Shown here: piece by piece, positions 24,490-32,165 of the stretch
Position numbering within the stretch: position 1 is the stretch's first letter
How the letters are laid out: each line of letters starts with the position of its first letter
Origin: Candidatus Uhrbacteria bacterium
GTDB taxonomy: Bacteria; Patescibacteriota; Patescibacteriia; JACPHY01
DNA: 42,116 nucleotides
Reading direction: 5' to 3'
Assembly (NCBI GenBank): GCA_043813445.1
Contig: JBDRLD010000063.1
Span: forward strand, 1 to 42,116
Program-made: the position numbers and the translations under genes
The notes under the pieces: model-generated
Database searches by the model: none
Seen by the model: the letters and a program-made list of their open reading frames with translations, nothing else
What the model was told of the DNA's origin: nothing

Positions 24490-25482
24490 ATGGAAACAAT
24501 GCTTACACACGAAACCGCACGGGGCGTTTATCGCCATGTTTGGGATCGCCTGCTTAAAGCAGAGCGTGTTCTTCTCGTTTCTCCGTGTAAGCCGGACGGT
24601 GATTCTGTTGGGTCAATCTGTGGCCTCTTCCATGCGCTGCGATCAATGCAGCGGCACGAAGTGGTGATGTACTGTGCTGATCCAATGCCCGCGCAATTTG
24701 ATCGCATTCCTGGCGTACATGATATTCGCATTGGATCGGAGTCATTACACAGAGAAACATTTGACGTGATTGTCGTCGTCGATTCAGGGGATCTCGCCTT
24801 CGCGGGTATTGTCGATGATCTCCCAAAGTGGCGTCGGCACGGGAGTACGCTCATCGTCATCGATCACCATGCAACAAATACGTTTTATGGTGATGTGAAC
24901 TGCGTTGTGCGTTCGGCATCGACAACAGAGGCCATCACGCAGCTCCTCACTGAAAATGGCGTACCGATGACCCCGTCGATCGCAAGCGCGCTCTTCTACG
25001 GTCTCGTGTACGACACGGACAATTTTTCGAATCCAGCGACGAGTGCGTCTGCGTGCGCAACGGCGGCAATGCTTGTTGTTGCTGGCGCGCAATCGTGGCC
25101 AGTCTTTCGTGCGCTCTATCAGAATAAGACAATTGGTGCGATGAAGCTTTGGGGGCGTGCGTTTTCGTGTATTCGTATCCATCCGACGTGGGGGATCGCA
25201 ACATGCGTACTTACGACAGAGGACTTCGCGACGCTTGGTGAGGACGCAAGCCACGCGGAGGGGTTGTCGAATTTTTTGCAGACGGTACTTCCGGTCAAGG
25301 CGGTGCTCGTGCTGAAGGATCGCGGTACCGGTATGGTGCGTGGCAGCCTTCGAACAGTTCGCGACGATGTCGACCTTGGTAAACTCGCGGAAGCATTGGG
25401 AGGTGGTGGCCACCAGAAGGCGTCCGGGTTTGGCGTACGAGGGCGATTGGTGAAGCGCGGTGATCGTTGGAATGTTGTGTAA
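24490..25482 (+). CDS. nrnA: DHH/DHHA1 phosphoesterase (NrnA-like oligoribonuclease / pAp phosphatase)
   Basis: PDGDSVGS, VVVDSGD, VIDHH (DHH) and GGGGHQKASGF (DHHA1) motifs. The start was moved from 24469 to 24490 because of the promoter position. Confidence 0.75.
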   Translation: METMLTHETARGVYRHVWDRLLKAERVLLVSPCKPDGDSVGSICGLFHALRSMQRHEVVMYCADPMPAQFDRIPGVHDIRIGSESLHRETFDVIVVVDSGDLAFAGIVDDLPKWRRHGSTLIVIDHHATNTFYGDVNCVVRSASTTEAITQLLTENGVPMTPSIASALFYGLVYDTDNFSNPATSASACATAAMLVVAGAQSWPVFRALYQNKTIGAMKLWGRAFSCIRIHPTWGIATCVLTTEDFATLGEDASHAEGLSNFLQTVLPVKAVLVLKDRGTGMVRGSLRTVRDDVDLGKLAEALGGGGHQKASGFGVRGRLVKRGDRWNVV

Positions 25483-25558
25483 CAAGTTGAATGTTGGCGA
25501 CTGATAGGTGATAATAGAATAAGTACTTCGTACACGTTTTTCTACTCCACCCATCGCT

Positions 25559-26161
25559 ATGCATAATACCCTCGTCCCGATCGTCGTTGAAAAGTCGCAG
25601 TACGGTGAGCGGTCCTACGACATCTACTCGCGACTCCTGAAGGATCGCATCATTTTTCTCGGTGAGCCGGTTGATGATGCAATGGCGAATACGATTATCG
25701 CCCAGTTTCTCTTCCTTGAATCTGAGGATGCGAAGAAAGACATCAAGCTCTACGTGAACTCCCCTGGCGGATCGGTGACTGCGGGACTCGCAATTTACGA
25801 CACGATGCAGTACATCAAGCCGGATGTCGCAACGATCTGTGTTGGCCTTGCTGCATCCATGGGAGCGGTGCTTCTTGCGGCGGGGACGGCCGGCAAGCGG
25901 TATGCATTGCCGAATTCGGAGATTATGATCCATCAGGTGCTCGGTGGCGTGGAGGGGCAGGCGTCGGATATTAAGATTCGATCCGAGCGTATCCTCAAGG
26001 TGAAGGATCGTTTGAATCAAATTCTCGCGGCGCACACTGGACAACCGTTCGAGAAGATTGAGAAAGATACAGATCGCGACTACTTTATGGGTGCAGAAGA
26101 GGCGGTAAAGTATGGCCTTGTCGATAAGTTGATTGAGCCGAAGTCGGCAGGGAAGGAGTAG
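25559..26161 (+). CDS. clpP: ATP-dependent Clp protease proteolytic subunit
   Basis: [44 protein letters not shown] (catalytic Ser) and MIHQ (His) motifs. Confidence 0.95.
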   Translation: MHNTLVPIVVEKSQYGERSYDIYSRLLKDRIIFLGEPVDDAMANTIIAQFLFLESEDAKKDIKLYVNSPGGSVTAGLAIYDTMQYIKPDVATICVGLAASMGAVLLAAGTAGKRYALPNSEIMIHQVLGGVEGQASDIKIRSERILKVKDRLNQILAAHTGQPFEKIEKDTDRDYFMGAEEAVKYGLVDKLIEPKSAGKE

Positions 26162-26212
26162 TGCTGGAAAATCGGTTGGTCTGACCAGTCGATGATTTTA
26201 TCGAAAGAAGGA

Positions 26213-26245
26213 AAGAGCGGGGGATTTTCCCCCGTTCTTTGTTTT
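26213..26245 (+). terminator. intrinsic terminator after clpP
   Basis: GAGCGGGGGA-TTT-TCCCCCGTTC followed by TTTGTTTT. Confidence 0.6.
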
Positions 26246-26298
26246 GGCTCAGATAAGCGCTTATTTGTTGATCTACAACAGAAATAGTGTGGGTGCCC

Positions 26299-26327
26299 TT
26301 GACAAGAATGCGAATATCTGGTACATT
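26299..26327 (+). promoter_or_regulatory. orphan consensus promoter TTGACA-N17-TACATT
   Basis: Hexamers at 26299-26304 and 26322-26327. No protein-coding gene lies downstream on this strand. Confidence 0.6.
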
Positions 26328-26333
26328 GGAGTG

Positions 26334-26713
26334 TTCCCCACACCGACGTTCTCAGACTTTGATCGAGCGAATGGGAGGGAATATGACGAGTGGAACTCTC
26401 GGCTGCTAGTTGCCGTGTAGGGAGTTCAGACCCGGAATGAGGATTGATAGTGACGATGACCTTCGTTTCGCCGAGAACCACATCGCTTTCAAATTGAGAT
26501 AGAGAAGACTAACCGCCGCCTTTAGGGAGCTGTGCTCGAGGAATCACTTCGACAGAGTCGAAGAAGGAAGTGATGCTCGAGAGAGCAGGGCCCTGCGCTC
26601 ACGACAAGCATGGGGTTCATTGGCTGGTCGAACCTGGTTCCGCACCTCGGTGCACGGACTCGGTCGGGCCAATCACTGAATCCCTTGAGCGCAGCTCCAT
26701 GAAGGCGGTTTTT
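26334..26713 (+). ncRNA. candidate structured ncRNA of about 380 nt, class not identified
   Basis: Bounded by the promoter above and a T-run. CCGCCTT (26516-26522) and GGAGCTGTGCTC (26526-26537) pair with GAGCGCAGCTCC (26687-26698) and AAGGCGG (26702-26708), giving 19 bp in total. Several internal hairpins are present. The longest ORF is about 22 codons. Confidence 0.35.
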
Positions 26714-26729
26714 GATTTGGTGGGACACT

Positions 26730-26793
26730 GATGGCGCACAGATTGGGAACAGATGGCTCACAGATAGGAACATATGGCGCACGGATGGGGGTC
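26730..26793. repeat. three tandem 21-22-nt repeats
   Basis: GATGGCGCACAGATTGGGAACA / GATGGCTCACAGATAGGAACA / TATGGCGCACGGATGGGGGTC. Confidence 0.75.
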
Positions 26794-26812
26794 CGCCAAT
26801 GATGCTAAATTG

Positions 26813-26838
26813 AAACCCACCCCTTCTGGGGTGGGTTT
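26813..26838. terminator. bidirectional hairpin terminator
   Basis: AAACCCACCCC-TTCT-GGGGTGGGTTT, 15 nt from the VanW-family stop. Confidence 0.6.
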
Positions 26839-26852
26839 CGTGTTGTCTGTTG

Positions 26853-28835
26853 TTATTCCGGCAATGTGGGAGGGAGGGTGCTCATTAGGGGTGGGGTGTT
26901 TGTTGCGGGCGGGGATGTGGAATCGGTGGTGGACTCTGCATCCGCGCTCTCGGCTGCTTCCGCCGCGTCCACGTCCTCGCTTAGCTTTTCTACACCTACG
27001 AGGCACACCGCCTGCCACGGCCGATAATGTGATTTGAATTCCGTCTTCGTTATCTGACCGTCCGCTTGCGTAATTGTGCGTGTGAATTTTGCATCCGCGC
27101 CGGTGTGCGCGCGTTCCACACACTTTGTTTCGCCGGGCGGGATGTCAAGCGTTTCAACATACTTCGTCTCTGCCGGTTCGACGTAGTTGTACACCTCGGG
27201 CTCGGTGAGCGTCGTGGAGCGACCATCGCTCGTTCCCCAGATTTCGTACACCGGCTCCGTTCCATCAACGCGCGTCACGAGGAGGAGGTGGTGATTGGTA
27301 TCGTTCAAGAAGCGAAGGTCCGGCTGTGGGTTGTAGATTGTCGCGTCCATGCCAACCGGCGGCTCATAGTAGCCGACTCGGTACGCATGCGGCGATCGTT
27401 CGGTGATTGGGAGTCCGGCATAGAGTGCCGCGCGGAACAACGTGGAAGACACCTGGCAGAGACCACCACCGAATTCCGGAATGGTTCGATTTCCCTTGAT
27501 GACAAGCTCAGCCTTGTATCCGTTCGTTTCATCGAATGGGGTGAGCGTATTGATCGTCGAGAATTCCTCGCCCGGAGGAATGAGTACACCATTGAGGAGC
27601 TTCGAACCGGTTTTGATGTTGTGGATTCGATTGGCGGGGCTCGCACCGTAATTCGTACGGCCGGTTCCAAGGAGCTCACTGATTCCGAGATCATTCGTAT
27701 CGCGGAGCGCAATATCTGGTGGCGTTCGTTCAACCGGTAGTTCGATGAGCGGTGGGAGCGATCCGAATACCGTCGCGTTTATTTGCGAGAATAGGAGGTC
27801 GCGATTCACCGCAATACCTTCGCGAGATGGCGTAAACGAGGTGACGCGCTTCGTAGTTGGGTGAAAAGAAAGCTGTGCATTGCGCGCTGGCGTCTCTATG
27901 GATGTCGAAATGGTGGTGTCGACCCATGCTGTAAGGAGGTCGCGGTCCAGAATCGGCTGCGCAGCATCGTCAATCGCCAACCAGATCGCGAGGTGCTCCG
28001 GTTCGATGGTCCACCGATGATTATTGTGTGTGATGGTGATTGGTGCGCGGTCGCGTGCGCGTTCGAGGAGGGGGATCGCGGCGGCAGCGGTCGCATCGTC
28101 AAATGGCGGAGGAATCGTCGTGGCAGCGATCGCGATCGGAGCTGGGTCGAGTGTCGCGACGCGATAGCGAATAAGCTCCTCGAGCGTGCGATTCTCAACG
28201 CCGTGTCCGGCTATGCCGGGTTCAATGGTCCAGCTTGTCGGGTCGTCATCACTGACGCGTACGCGCGGCGGGCTCATGGTTGTGAACGCGTCCGGATAGT
28301 TTTCTTCGAGCGCGGTAGCGATAAGTTCGGTGTGTACGGTCGCCTGAATTGGAACCCGTGCACCGCTTCGAAGCGCGCCACGGAGACGCTCGGACCATTG
28401 GCTGGAGATCGAGTCGGAGCGGCCCATAGAGAAGGCGGCCTCAATGTGTGATGGGACATCCACGCTCACGAGCGGGTACCAGAGGTCCGGGTCGGATGGT
28501 GCCATGACAATCGCATCGATGGTCACCGTTCTCCCATCAAGCGCAAACGAAAATCCTTGGCCGAGGTATGCATCAAGCACCTTCTGTACGCGCTCGGTCG
28601 CCTCCTGTTTCGTGAAGCCGCCAACATCAATAGTGCCCACGGACGTCCCTGGGAAGATGCGATCGGTGTACGCGTGGTCGTATGTAATTGCTCCGACGCC
28701 GATAGCGCCAAGCAGAAGGATTGCCAGACCGCCGGCAAGTGACCATGCGAGTGTGTGGGAGAGATGATGCGTGAGCTTGCTTGGTTGTTCACGCGTTGTC
28801 GGTTCCTGTTCCATGTGGAGTGTCGTCAGTTCCAA
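26853..28835 (-). CDS. VanW family protein (membrane-anchored)
   Basis: N-terminal TM helix. The VanW core is FGGGLCQVSSTLFRAALYAGLPITERSPHAYRVGYY. The C-terminal tail is low-complexity. Confidence 0.85.
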   Translation of the reverse strand: MELTTLHMEQEPTTREQPSKLTHHLSHTLAWSLAGGLAILLLGAIGVGAITYDHAYTDRIFPGTSVGTIDVGGFTKQEATERVQKVLDAYLGQGFSFALDGRTVTIDAIVMAPSDPDLWYPLVSVDVPSHIEAAFSMGRSDSISSQWSERLRGALRSGARVPIQATVHTELIATALEENYPDAFTTMSPPRVRVSDDDPTSWTIEPGIAGHGVENRTLEELIRYRVATLDPAPIAIAATTIPPPFDDATAAAAIPLLERARDRAPITITHNNHRWTIEPEHLAIWLAIDDAAQPILDRDLLTAWVDTTISTSIETPARNAQLSFHPTTKRVTSFTPSREGIAVNRDLLFSQINATVFGSLPPLIELPVERTPPDIALRDTNDLGISELLGTGRTNYGASPANRIHNIKTGSKLLNGVLIPPGEEFSTINTLTPFDETNGYKAELVIKGNRTIPEFGGGLCQVSSTLFRAALYAGLPITERSPHAYRVGYYEPPVGMDATIYNPQPDLRFLNDTNHHLLLVTRVDGTEPVYEIWGTSDGRSTTLTEPEVYNYVEPAETKYVETLDIPPGETKCVERAHTGADAKFTRTITQADGQITKTEFKSHYRPWQAVCLVGVEKLSEDVDAAEAAESADAESTTDSTSPPATNTPPLMSTLPPTLPE

Positions 28836-29031
28836 GAATCTCGTTCAAAATCGCTTTCGCGTTCGCGGTGCGGTCGTCCGTTTCGGTGTCGTTAATACCA
28901 AAGCTCAGCGCGATGACATCGCCCTCCGTCGCTTCGTCCGGGAGCTCGGCGCGCGGCACGATAACGCTGTCGCCGCTCTCAAGGATGAGCACGGCGCGGT
29001 CATCTTCAAAACGATCGATAGTAACATCCAT
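28789..29031 (-). CDS. DUF3006 domain protein
   Basis: MDVTIDRFEDDRAVLILESGDSVIVPRAELPDEATEGDVI matches the DUF3006 pattern. The 3' end overlaps the VanW-family start by 26-47 nt, depending on which start is used. Confidence 0.6.
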   Translation of the reverse strand: MDVTIDRFEDDRAVLILESGDSVIVPRAELPDEATEGDVIALSFGINDTETDDRTANAKAILNEILGTDDTPHGTGTDNA

Positions 29032-29100
29032 ACGATGGACTACGGTCGATAGACTACGATCTACAGTCAAACGGTAGTTGGTAGCCGGTGGCCGGTAGTC
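29031..29100. repeat. run of about 10 heptamer units (TACGGTC / GGTAGTT types)
   Basis: GATGGAC TACGGTC GATAGAC TACGATC TACAGTC AAACGGT AGTTGGT AGCCGGT GGCCGGT AGTCGAT. Confidence 0.7.
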
Positions 29101-29102
29101 GA

Positions 29103-29543
29103 TTACTCAGTCATCTCCTCGATGCCGATGATTGTCTGTGATGCTAGCTTCGGCAGGGTGATTGTGAGGACGCCAGCGCGGAGTGTTGAGTTTGCACGCG
29201 ACACGTCGATAGGTTCCGGGAGGAGGATAGAGCGAGAGAAACGCCCCCAGAAACACTCCTCGACGAGGTACGTTCGTTCCTCATTGTGCGGCTCCGGTGT
29301 ACGGACGCCGCGGATCGTGAGGAGGTCGCTATGGACGGACAGCGATAGTTCGTCCGGTCGGACGCCGGAAACGGTCGTCTGCACGACGAACGCATTTGCG
29401 GTTTCGTATACGTCTACGGTCAGTTCGCCCTCGGATGCTTCCTCGATCCACTTATCCGGTTGGAGGAGGGGAATAGCGTGTTCGTCCTGGGCGGTTACGG
29501 TCGCGGGGAATTCCTTCGTGGCTGTTTTGAAAAACGCTGCCAT
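29103..29543 (-). CDS. Hsp20/alpha-crystallin family small heat-shock protein
   Basis: Alpha-crystallin domain LTVDVYETANAFVV...LLTIRG...GRFSRSILLP...GVLTITLPK. Confidence 0.9.
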   Translation of the reverse strand: MAAFFKTATKEFPATVTAQDEHAIPLLQPDKWIEEASEGELTVDVYETANAFVVQTTVSGVRPDELSLSVHSDLLTIRGVRTPEPHNEERTYLVEECFWGRFSRSILLPEPIDVSRANSTLRAGVLTITLPKLASQTIIGIEEMTE

Positions 29544-29596
29544 AGGGGTAGTGAAATGGGGAGAAAATCATGCGTGACATTTCCAGTGTACCCTGA

Positions 29597-29618
29597 ATTT
29601 CTAGCATATGCGAGAAAT
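29597..29618. promoter_or_regulatory. 22-bp near-perfect palindrome upstream of hsp20 (candidate operator)
   Basis: ATTTCTAGCAT|ATGCGAGAAAT with 10 of 11 positions symmetric, 54-75 nt upstream of the hsp20 ATG. Confidence 0.35.
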
Positions 29619-29640
29619 ACGCTCCATTGAGCGGCAGACC

Positions 29641-29669
29641 TTGACAATTCGGCGGATTTGTGGTATATT
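29641..29669 (+). promoter_or_regulatory. promoter TTGACA-N17-TATATT
   Basis: Hexamers at 29641-29646 and 29664-29669. It is followed by a leader of about 310 nt before the ATG at 29989. Confidence 0.6.
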
Positions 29670-29739
29670 TTGTCGTTATGGAATCAGCCGTACAATGGCT
29701 GTATTCCCGTACGTTTCCAATTCGTATGAGTTATTCAGT

Positions 29740-29909
29740 GTCATTGCGAGTAAGGCGAAGCCGAGCGCGGCAATCCCGTTGTAAGTGAACCGGATCGCCA
29801 CCCGCCACAAGCTTCGCACGCCACCCCCTCGTACTCCCCCTCCCGCACTGCGGCGGACTCGGAAGCTAGAAGAGGGGGAGGCCAGCGCGAGGATGCGACT
29901 CGCGATGAC
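29740..29909. mobile_element. MITE-like 170-bp element with 12-bp terminal inverted repeats
   Basis: The TIRs are GTCATTGCGAGT (29740-29751) and ACTCGCGATGAC (29898-29909), matching at 11 of 12 positions. The core 29821-29882 carries the GC-rich unit ACCCCCTCGTACTCCCCC...GGGGGAG, also found inside truB, tsaD and tsaE. Confidence 0.4.
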
Positions 29910-29988
29910 ATAAGACATGGCATGAGATGATCTCCAACCCTTGAACGTAGGGGCGGGGCATAGTCCCCGCCCGCGAAGGAGAAGAACG

Positions 29989-31596
29989 ATGAGTCGAATC
30001 GAAGAGCTTCAGCGTGAGATCGAATCGCTGGAGCCGCCTGCGGACTTCGGCGATCTCGTACGGCGCGCGCTTGCAACGCGCAAGGACGTGGCACCTGAGG
30101 AGGTGTGTACGGATCATGCAGCACCATGCGCGGAGTGCGAAGCGTATTCGTTGACCGCGATCAGGTCGAGTACAGACAAAGATTGGGGTGTGATGCGCGA
30201 TTCGGCGTGGCTGTCCTGCGCCAAGAACATCCTTCTAACGTACGCCGGTGTTGGCGTGTGTGCGGCGACGGCGTTGTTTGGAAGCGGTTTATCCCCGCTG
30301 CTCTACACCCTCGGCATGGTCGTCGGTGGTGTGTCCGCACTCGTCGGCGGATGGAGAAGGAATCGCGACCACAATCGTGTAAACGGAGTAAAAGGATCAC
30401 CTGTCCAAGCGGGGTTCTTTTGCGGGGGATTCACGATCGTGAATCTCCTCGCGCCGATCTGGTTCTGGTACCGGCCGATCTGTCTCGGGCTGCACAAGCT
30501 CGGGCATGGCTGGCAGCGGGTGAAGGCGTGGTTCAAGCGGCGGTTCGTGGACGACTGCGACGAGTGCCGGAAGTGGCGCATGCAGGCGGGCGGGAAGGAA
30601 CAATTCGGTCTGAAGCTGCTCACTGGCCTGCTCGTGAATGGCGGTGTGATGATGATGTTGACATGTCTGGCTACAGGTCTGATTTTGGGGATGAGCGAGA
30701 ATAGCGTCGATGTTTACTCCTTGATCTTTTCGCTCGGAACCTTGACAGCATTCATCGGGATTTTCATCGGAATAAAATGTGGTGTCGATTGCACGATGGC
30801 CATGATGGCGCCGTGGCGAGCATTGCGCCACCTCATCCGTTCCTGCTTCGGCCTGCGATACGTGTTCCATCGACACCTGCACGAGCGATCGGCTGCGAAA
30901 GAGATCGACACCATCGCGGCGCGACTGCAGAGCGAGGTGAGCGATGAGGATCTCCGGGTGCTCATTCGGCAGTACCTCAGCGATGAGCTGATCTGCGCCA
31001 CGCGCGATCGCCTAATCGGCGACGACAGCACGTACGCGCGGCTGGCCGCGGCTACCGCGCAGTACATCGCGCGCGCCAAGATGCGGCTCGAGCAGTACGC
31101 GGCATTCGAAGCGAGCGAGGACCCGGTGATCCGCGAGCAGAGTGCGCAGCTCAGCAGCAGCGTCGAGCAGTTCCTTGGCGAGAACGAAGCGTGTCGGCAG
31201 GTGCTCGAGGAGTACCGCGCAATGGTCGCCGCGAAGTTTGCCGAGCTCGAAGCGCAGATCGGAAACGTGGACGAGCGCATGCAGTTCCTCGCGATCGCTC
31301 GCGATACGGACGCGTTGCTCGCCGACGGCAAGGATCACGCGCGACTCGTGCGCGAGGCCGTCGTCTCGCTGACGTGCGAGCTTTTCCGGGCCACCGCGGC
31401 CATCCGAGCGGCCATCGACGCCGCGCTCGCGCGTGCGAAGAGCGAGACCGAAGTGGAAGTCGCAGCGGCTTCGAACGAAGTGCTCGCGTTCGCCGTGCTA
31501 CGCAACACAGCGCAGCACCTGCGCGGCAGCATGGACAATGCCCCAGCCGAGGCCGAGCAGCGCCCCGCGCCCCAGGCCCAGCCCGTGGCGCAGTAG
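29989..31596 (+). CDS. hypothetical polytopic membrane protein with Cys motifs and C-terminal coiled-coil domain
   Basis: ATG 29989 has GAAGGAG upstream. There are about six TM helices between aa 75 and 300, the motifs CTDHAAPCAECE and DDCDECRKW, and an alpha-helical Ala/Glu/Arg-rich C-terminal half. Confidence 0.6.
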   Translation: MSRIEELQREIESLEPPADFGDLVRRALATRKDVAPEEVCTDHAAPCAECEAYSLTAIRSSTDKDWGVMRDSAWLSCAKNILLTYAGVGVCAATALFGSGLSPLLYTLGMVVGGVSALVGGWRRNRDHNRVNGVKGSPVQAGFFCGGFTIVNLLAPIWFWYRPICLGLHKLGHGWQRVKAWFKRRFVDDCDECRKWRMQAGGKEQFGLKLLTGLLVNGGVMMMLTCLATGLILGMSENSVDVYSLIFSLGTLTAFIGIFIGIKCGVDCTMAMMAPWRALRHLIRSCFGLRYVFHRHLHERSAAKEIDTIAARLQSEVSDEDLRVLIRQYLSDELICATRDRLIGDDSTYARLAAATAQYIARAKMRLEQYAAFEASEDPVIREQSAQLSSSVEQFLGENEACRQVLEEYRAMVAAKFAELEAQIGNVDERMQFLAIARDTDALLADGKDHARLVREAVVSLTCELFRATAAIRAAIDAALARAKSETEVEVAAASNEVLAFAVLRNTAQHLRGSMDNAPAEAEQRPAPQAQPVAQ

Positions 31597-31637
31597 GCAC
31601 CTCGACGACCAAGCGCAACACCGACCATGGAGAGGAC

Positions 31638-31982
31638 ATGACCAAAACAGTATACCTCCTCGCACGACTGAACATCACCGGTCCCGTGCCGGTGGTGAGC
31701 GAGGTATTGATTTCGTGGAATCACCCGGCGGAGATGATCGAGGTAAGTCGTGGTTCTTTCTACGTAATCGTCTGGTCGATTGACAGCAAGGATGCGCCGG
31801 ATGCATTCGATCGCCTACGCCGTATCGTGTTCGAACGTAATGATCTCGCGTGGGCGCGGCCGTACCTCGAGGAAGAGGGTGAAGTACCGGAAGTAGTGGC
31901 GTTGCGCCATCGGTGCCTCAGCTCCACGGCCAAGCACCTCGTTGCGGTGGCGCGCTCGTTCCTTGAGTGTGTAAATCTGTAG
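31638..31982 (+). CDS. hypothetical protein
   Basis: ATG 31638 has GGAGAGG upstream. 114 aa. The upstream Arg-rich part of ORF 31191..31982 overlaps the previous gene and is rejected. Confidence 0.55.
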   Translation: MTKTVYLLARLNITGPVPVVSEVLISWNHPAEMIEVSRGSFYVIVWSIDSKDAPDAFDRLRRIVFERNDLAWARPYLEEEGEVPEVVALRHRCLSSTAKHLVAVARSFLECVNL

Positions 31983-32012
31983 CGCAAGCGCAGCGCGATC
32001 AGACAAATCAGG

Positions 32013-32047
32013 ACGACCCCTACTCACATGGGGGTCGTTTCATTTTT
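32013..32047 (+). terminator. intrinsic terminator
   Basis: ACGACCCC...GGGGTCGT followed by TTCATTTTT. Confidence 0.6.
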
Positions 32048-32050
32048 CAC

Positions 32051-32095
32051 CAATAGCAAAAGCTCCCCATGCGAGATGGGGAGCTTTTGCTATTG
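32051..32095. terminator. perfect 20-bp-stem palindrome abutting the tRNA-Glu 3' end
   Basis: CAATAGCAAAAGCTCCCCAT-GCGAG-ATGGGGAGCTTTTGCTATTG. Confidence 0.5.
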
Positions 32096-32165
32096 ACCCC
32101 ACCGGGAATCGAACCCGGATTTCAAGGATGAAAACCTTGCGTCCTGACCACTAGACGATGGGGCC
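32094..32165 (-). tRNA. tRNA-Glu (anticodon TTC)
   Basis: Acceptor GGCCCCA/TGGGGTC (one G-U pair), D arm TCGTCTAGTGGTCAGGAC, anticodon arm CAAGG-TTTTCAT-CCTTG, T arm CCGGG-TTCGATT-CCCGG. Confidence 0.85.

Noticed and set aside
26334-26713. Assignment of the candidate ncRNA to tmRNA, RNase P RNA, SRP RNA or 6S RNA
   Set aside because: tmRNA is rejected because there is no tRNA-like acceptor/T-arm (no GGTTCGA-type T loop, no G3:U70), no 5'/3' terminal pairing and no plausible tag ORF ending in an Ala-rich peptide. RNase P RNA is rejected because GAGGAAAGTCCGG and ACAGAACCCGGCTTA P4 strands are absent on either strand. SRP RNA is rejected because GACAGAGTCGAAGAAGGAAGTGATGC superficially resembles GTCAGGTCCGGAAGGAAGCAGC, but the helix 8 tetraloop pairing is not preserved. 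6S RNA cannot be judged by eye. A similar look at GTCAAGTCCGG at 1103-1116 was also rejected for SRP.
31191-31637. Arg-rich N-terminal extension of ORF 31191..31982
   Set aside because: It overlaps the C-terminal coiled-coil region of the preceding gene. The ATG at 31638 has a GGAGAGG SD.
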